DNA from: Flavobacteriales bacterium
GTDB lineage: Bacteria > Bacteroidota > Bacteroidia > Flavobacteriales_G > Salibacteraceae
Reading direction: 5' to 3'
Assembly (NCBI GenBank): GCA_018660685.1
Contig: JABJJW010000020.1
Span: 44,257-108,256 of the forward strand
Length of the DNA: 64,000 bases
In this document: in pieces, positions 63,215 through 64,000 of the stretch
How positions within the stretch are numbered: the first letter of the stretch is position 1
Layout of the letters: every line of letters begins with the position of its first letter
Made by a program: the position numbers and the translations under genes
Notes under the pieces: generated by a model
What the model saw: only the letters and a program-made list of their open reading frames with translations
Databases searched by the model: none
What the model was told of the DNA's origin: nothing

Positions 63215-64000
63215 TTCACTGCTGATGCAACCCGCTCTAAGTCAATGTTGAATACCTCCTGGCCGTAGCCCTTATTTCCGAGTTTGCTAGTTGGTCTATT
63301 CTTGCTTTCCGCTTCAATAATTTCAGAACCTTCTCCTGGAAGCCATGGGCTCATTCCCAATTCAGGCGTCGTAGCAAACCAAAGCGAGATCACCTTTTTC
63401 TTTAGAGCAGCACCAATGTGCATGAGGCCTGTATCATGGGTGATCAGTACTAAGCATTGGTTCACTAAACTCGCACTTTGATTGAGGTTGAACATCCCAC
63501 AGGCGTTAAAAATGGTAGCTTCAGACGCGAGCCGATCCCCACGTTCTTTATCCTCTGGCCCACCTAATAAAATGACTGGCATTTCGATCATGCCGAGGAG
63601 TTCCTTGATTTTTGGTTCGGGCAGAATTTTACCATCTGTTTGCCCCCCAATCGCATAAGCGACAAAGCCCGACCTGAAACCTTCTGGCAACGAGTTCAAG
63701 GAAACCACGGCTGAGTCAGGAATCAAGTAATCCAACCCTTTTCCATCGTCCTTTATTCCGAGCGGCGCAATGCAGTTGAATGATCGTTCTACAATGTGTC
63801 CAATAGGCTTGGTGATTCGTTTGGATCTTACATACAGCCACTTTGCGATATTCCTCTTATCGAGCGTGAAGGACAGCGACTTTGCGGCCTGTTTGCCCCG
63901 TTGTGACCTCAGGTTGTGATGCAAGTCCACAACATAATCATAGCTGTTGTTTCGCAGGAGGTCGGCAACTTCAGACACTGATTTTTCTATGGTGATTACC
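63211..64000 (-). CDS. Glycosyltransferase family 9 (heptosyltransferase-like), 5' end outside the window
   Basis: The frame stays open to the right window edge. Blocks ILLGGPEDKERG and THDTGLMHIGAALKKKVISLW. Confidence 0.7.
   Translation of the reverse strand, partial: VITIEKSVSEVADLLRNNSYDYVVDLHHNLRSQRGKQAAKSLSFTLDKRNIAKWLYVRSKRITKPIGHIVERSFNCIAPLGIKDDGKGLDYLIPDSAVVSLNSLPEGFRSGFVAYAIGGQTDGKILPEPKIKELLGMIEMPVILLGGPEDKERGDRLASEATIFNACGMFNLNQSASLVNQCLVLITHDTGLMHIGAALKKKVISLWFATTPELGMSPWLPGEGSEIIEAESKNRPTSKLGNKGYGQEVFNIDLERVASAVN

Noticed and set aside
1-64000. Looked for CRISPR arrays, tRNA/rRNA genes, IS elements, integrases or prophage-like blocks
   Set aside because: No spaced direct-repeat array was seen by eye. 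The longest non-coding stretch is about 353 nt (55497-55849), and none of the spacers shows a cloverleaf-like arrangement. No ORF has transposase, integrase or recombinase motifs. This is a visual scan only; tRNAscan, Infernal and CRISPR finders would be decisive.

Overview
This is a gene-dense 64-kb chromosomal segment with about 60 real ORFs, very short or negative spacers, and many overlapping convergent stop codons. It reads as Bacteroidota, Flavobacteriia-like. The evidence is gldH, many T9SS C-terminal sorting domains, TAnnTTTG -7 promoter boxes, and the pyrC/DUF4296 and ileS/dksA-like/lspA gene orders. Housekeeping genes recognised with high confidence are PBP1A, a two-subunit CoA transferase, pyrC, asd, lspA, ileS, tyrS and trmB. 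The accessory content is as follows. (i) 9.1-28.5 kb is rich in T9SS cargo. It holds three tandem paralogous secreted proteins with an N-terminal domain I cannot name, and a serine hydrolase coupled to two PQQ-type sugar dehydrogenases. It also holds a 1046-aa protein with three ~205-aa internal repeats plus a lamin-tail domain (LTD), a second LTD protein split by a homopolymer frameshift, and an M28 peptidase coupled to a small barrel-like ORF. (ii) A helicase/PdeM pair of the ligase-associated DNA-damage-response type has no ligase or exonuclease in the window and a TPR sensor kinase wedged between the two genes. (iii) A structured 223-nt intergenic region carries an orphan intrinsic terminator (candidate sRNA or attenuator). 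(iv) A giant predicted beta-barrel is flanked by two coiled-coil envelope proteins. (v) arsR-arsM-arsC has no efflux pump. (vi) A Pho-type cluster comprises a porin, a Na/Pi cotransporter, a response regulator and a kinase. (vii) A CBM9/DUF5916-type gene is interrupted by a single in-frame TAG. (viii) There is an Ala-variant alkyltransferase-like (ATL) protein. I saw no rRNA, tRNA, CRISPR array, transposase or integrase. All product calls come from motif recognition by eye on the supplied translations; no database search or computation was run.
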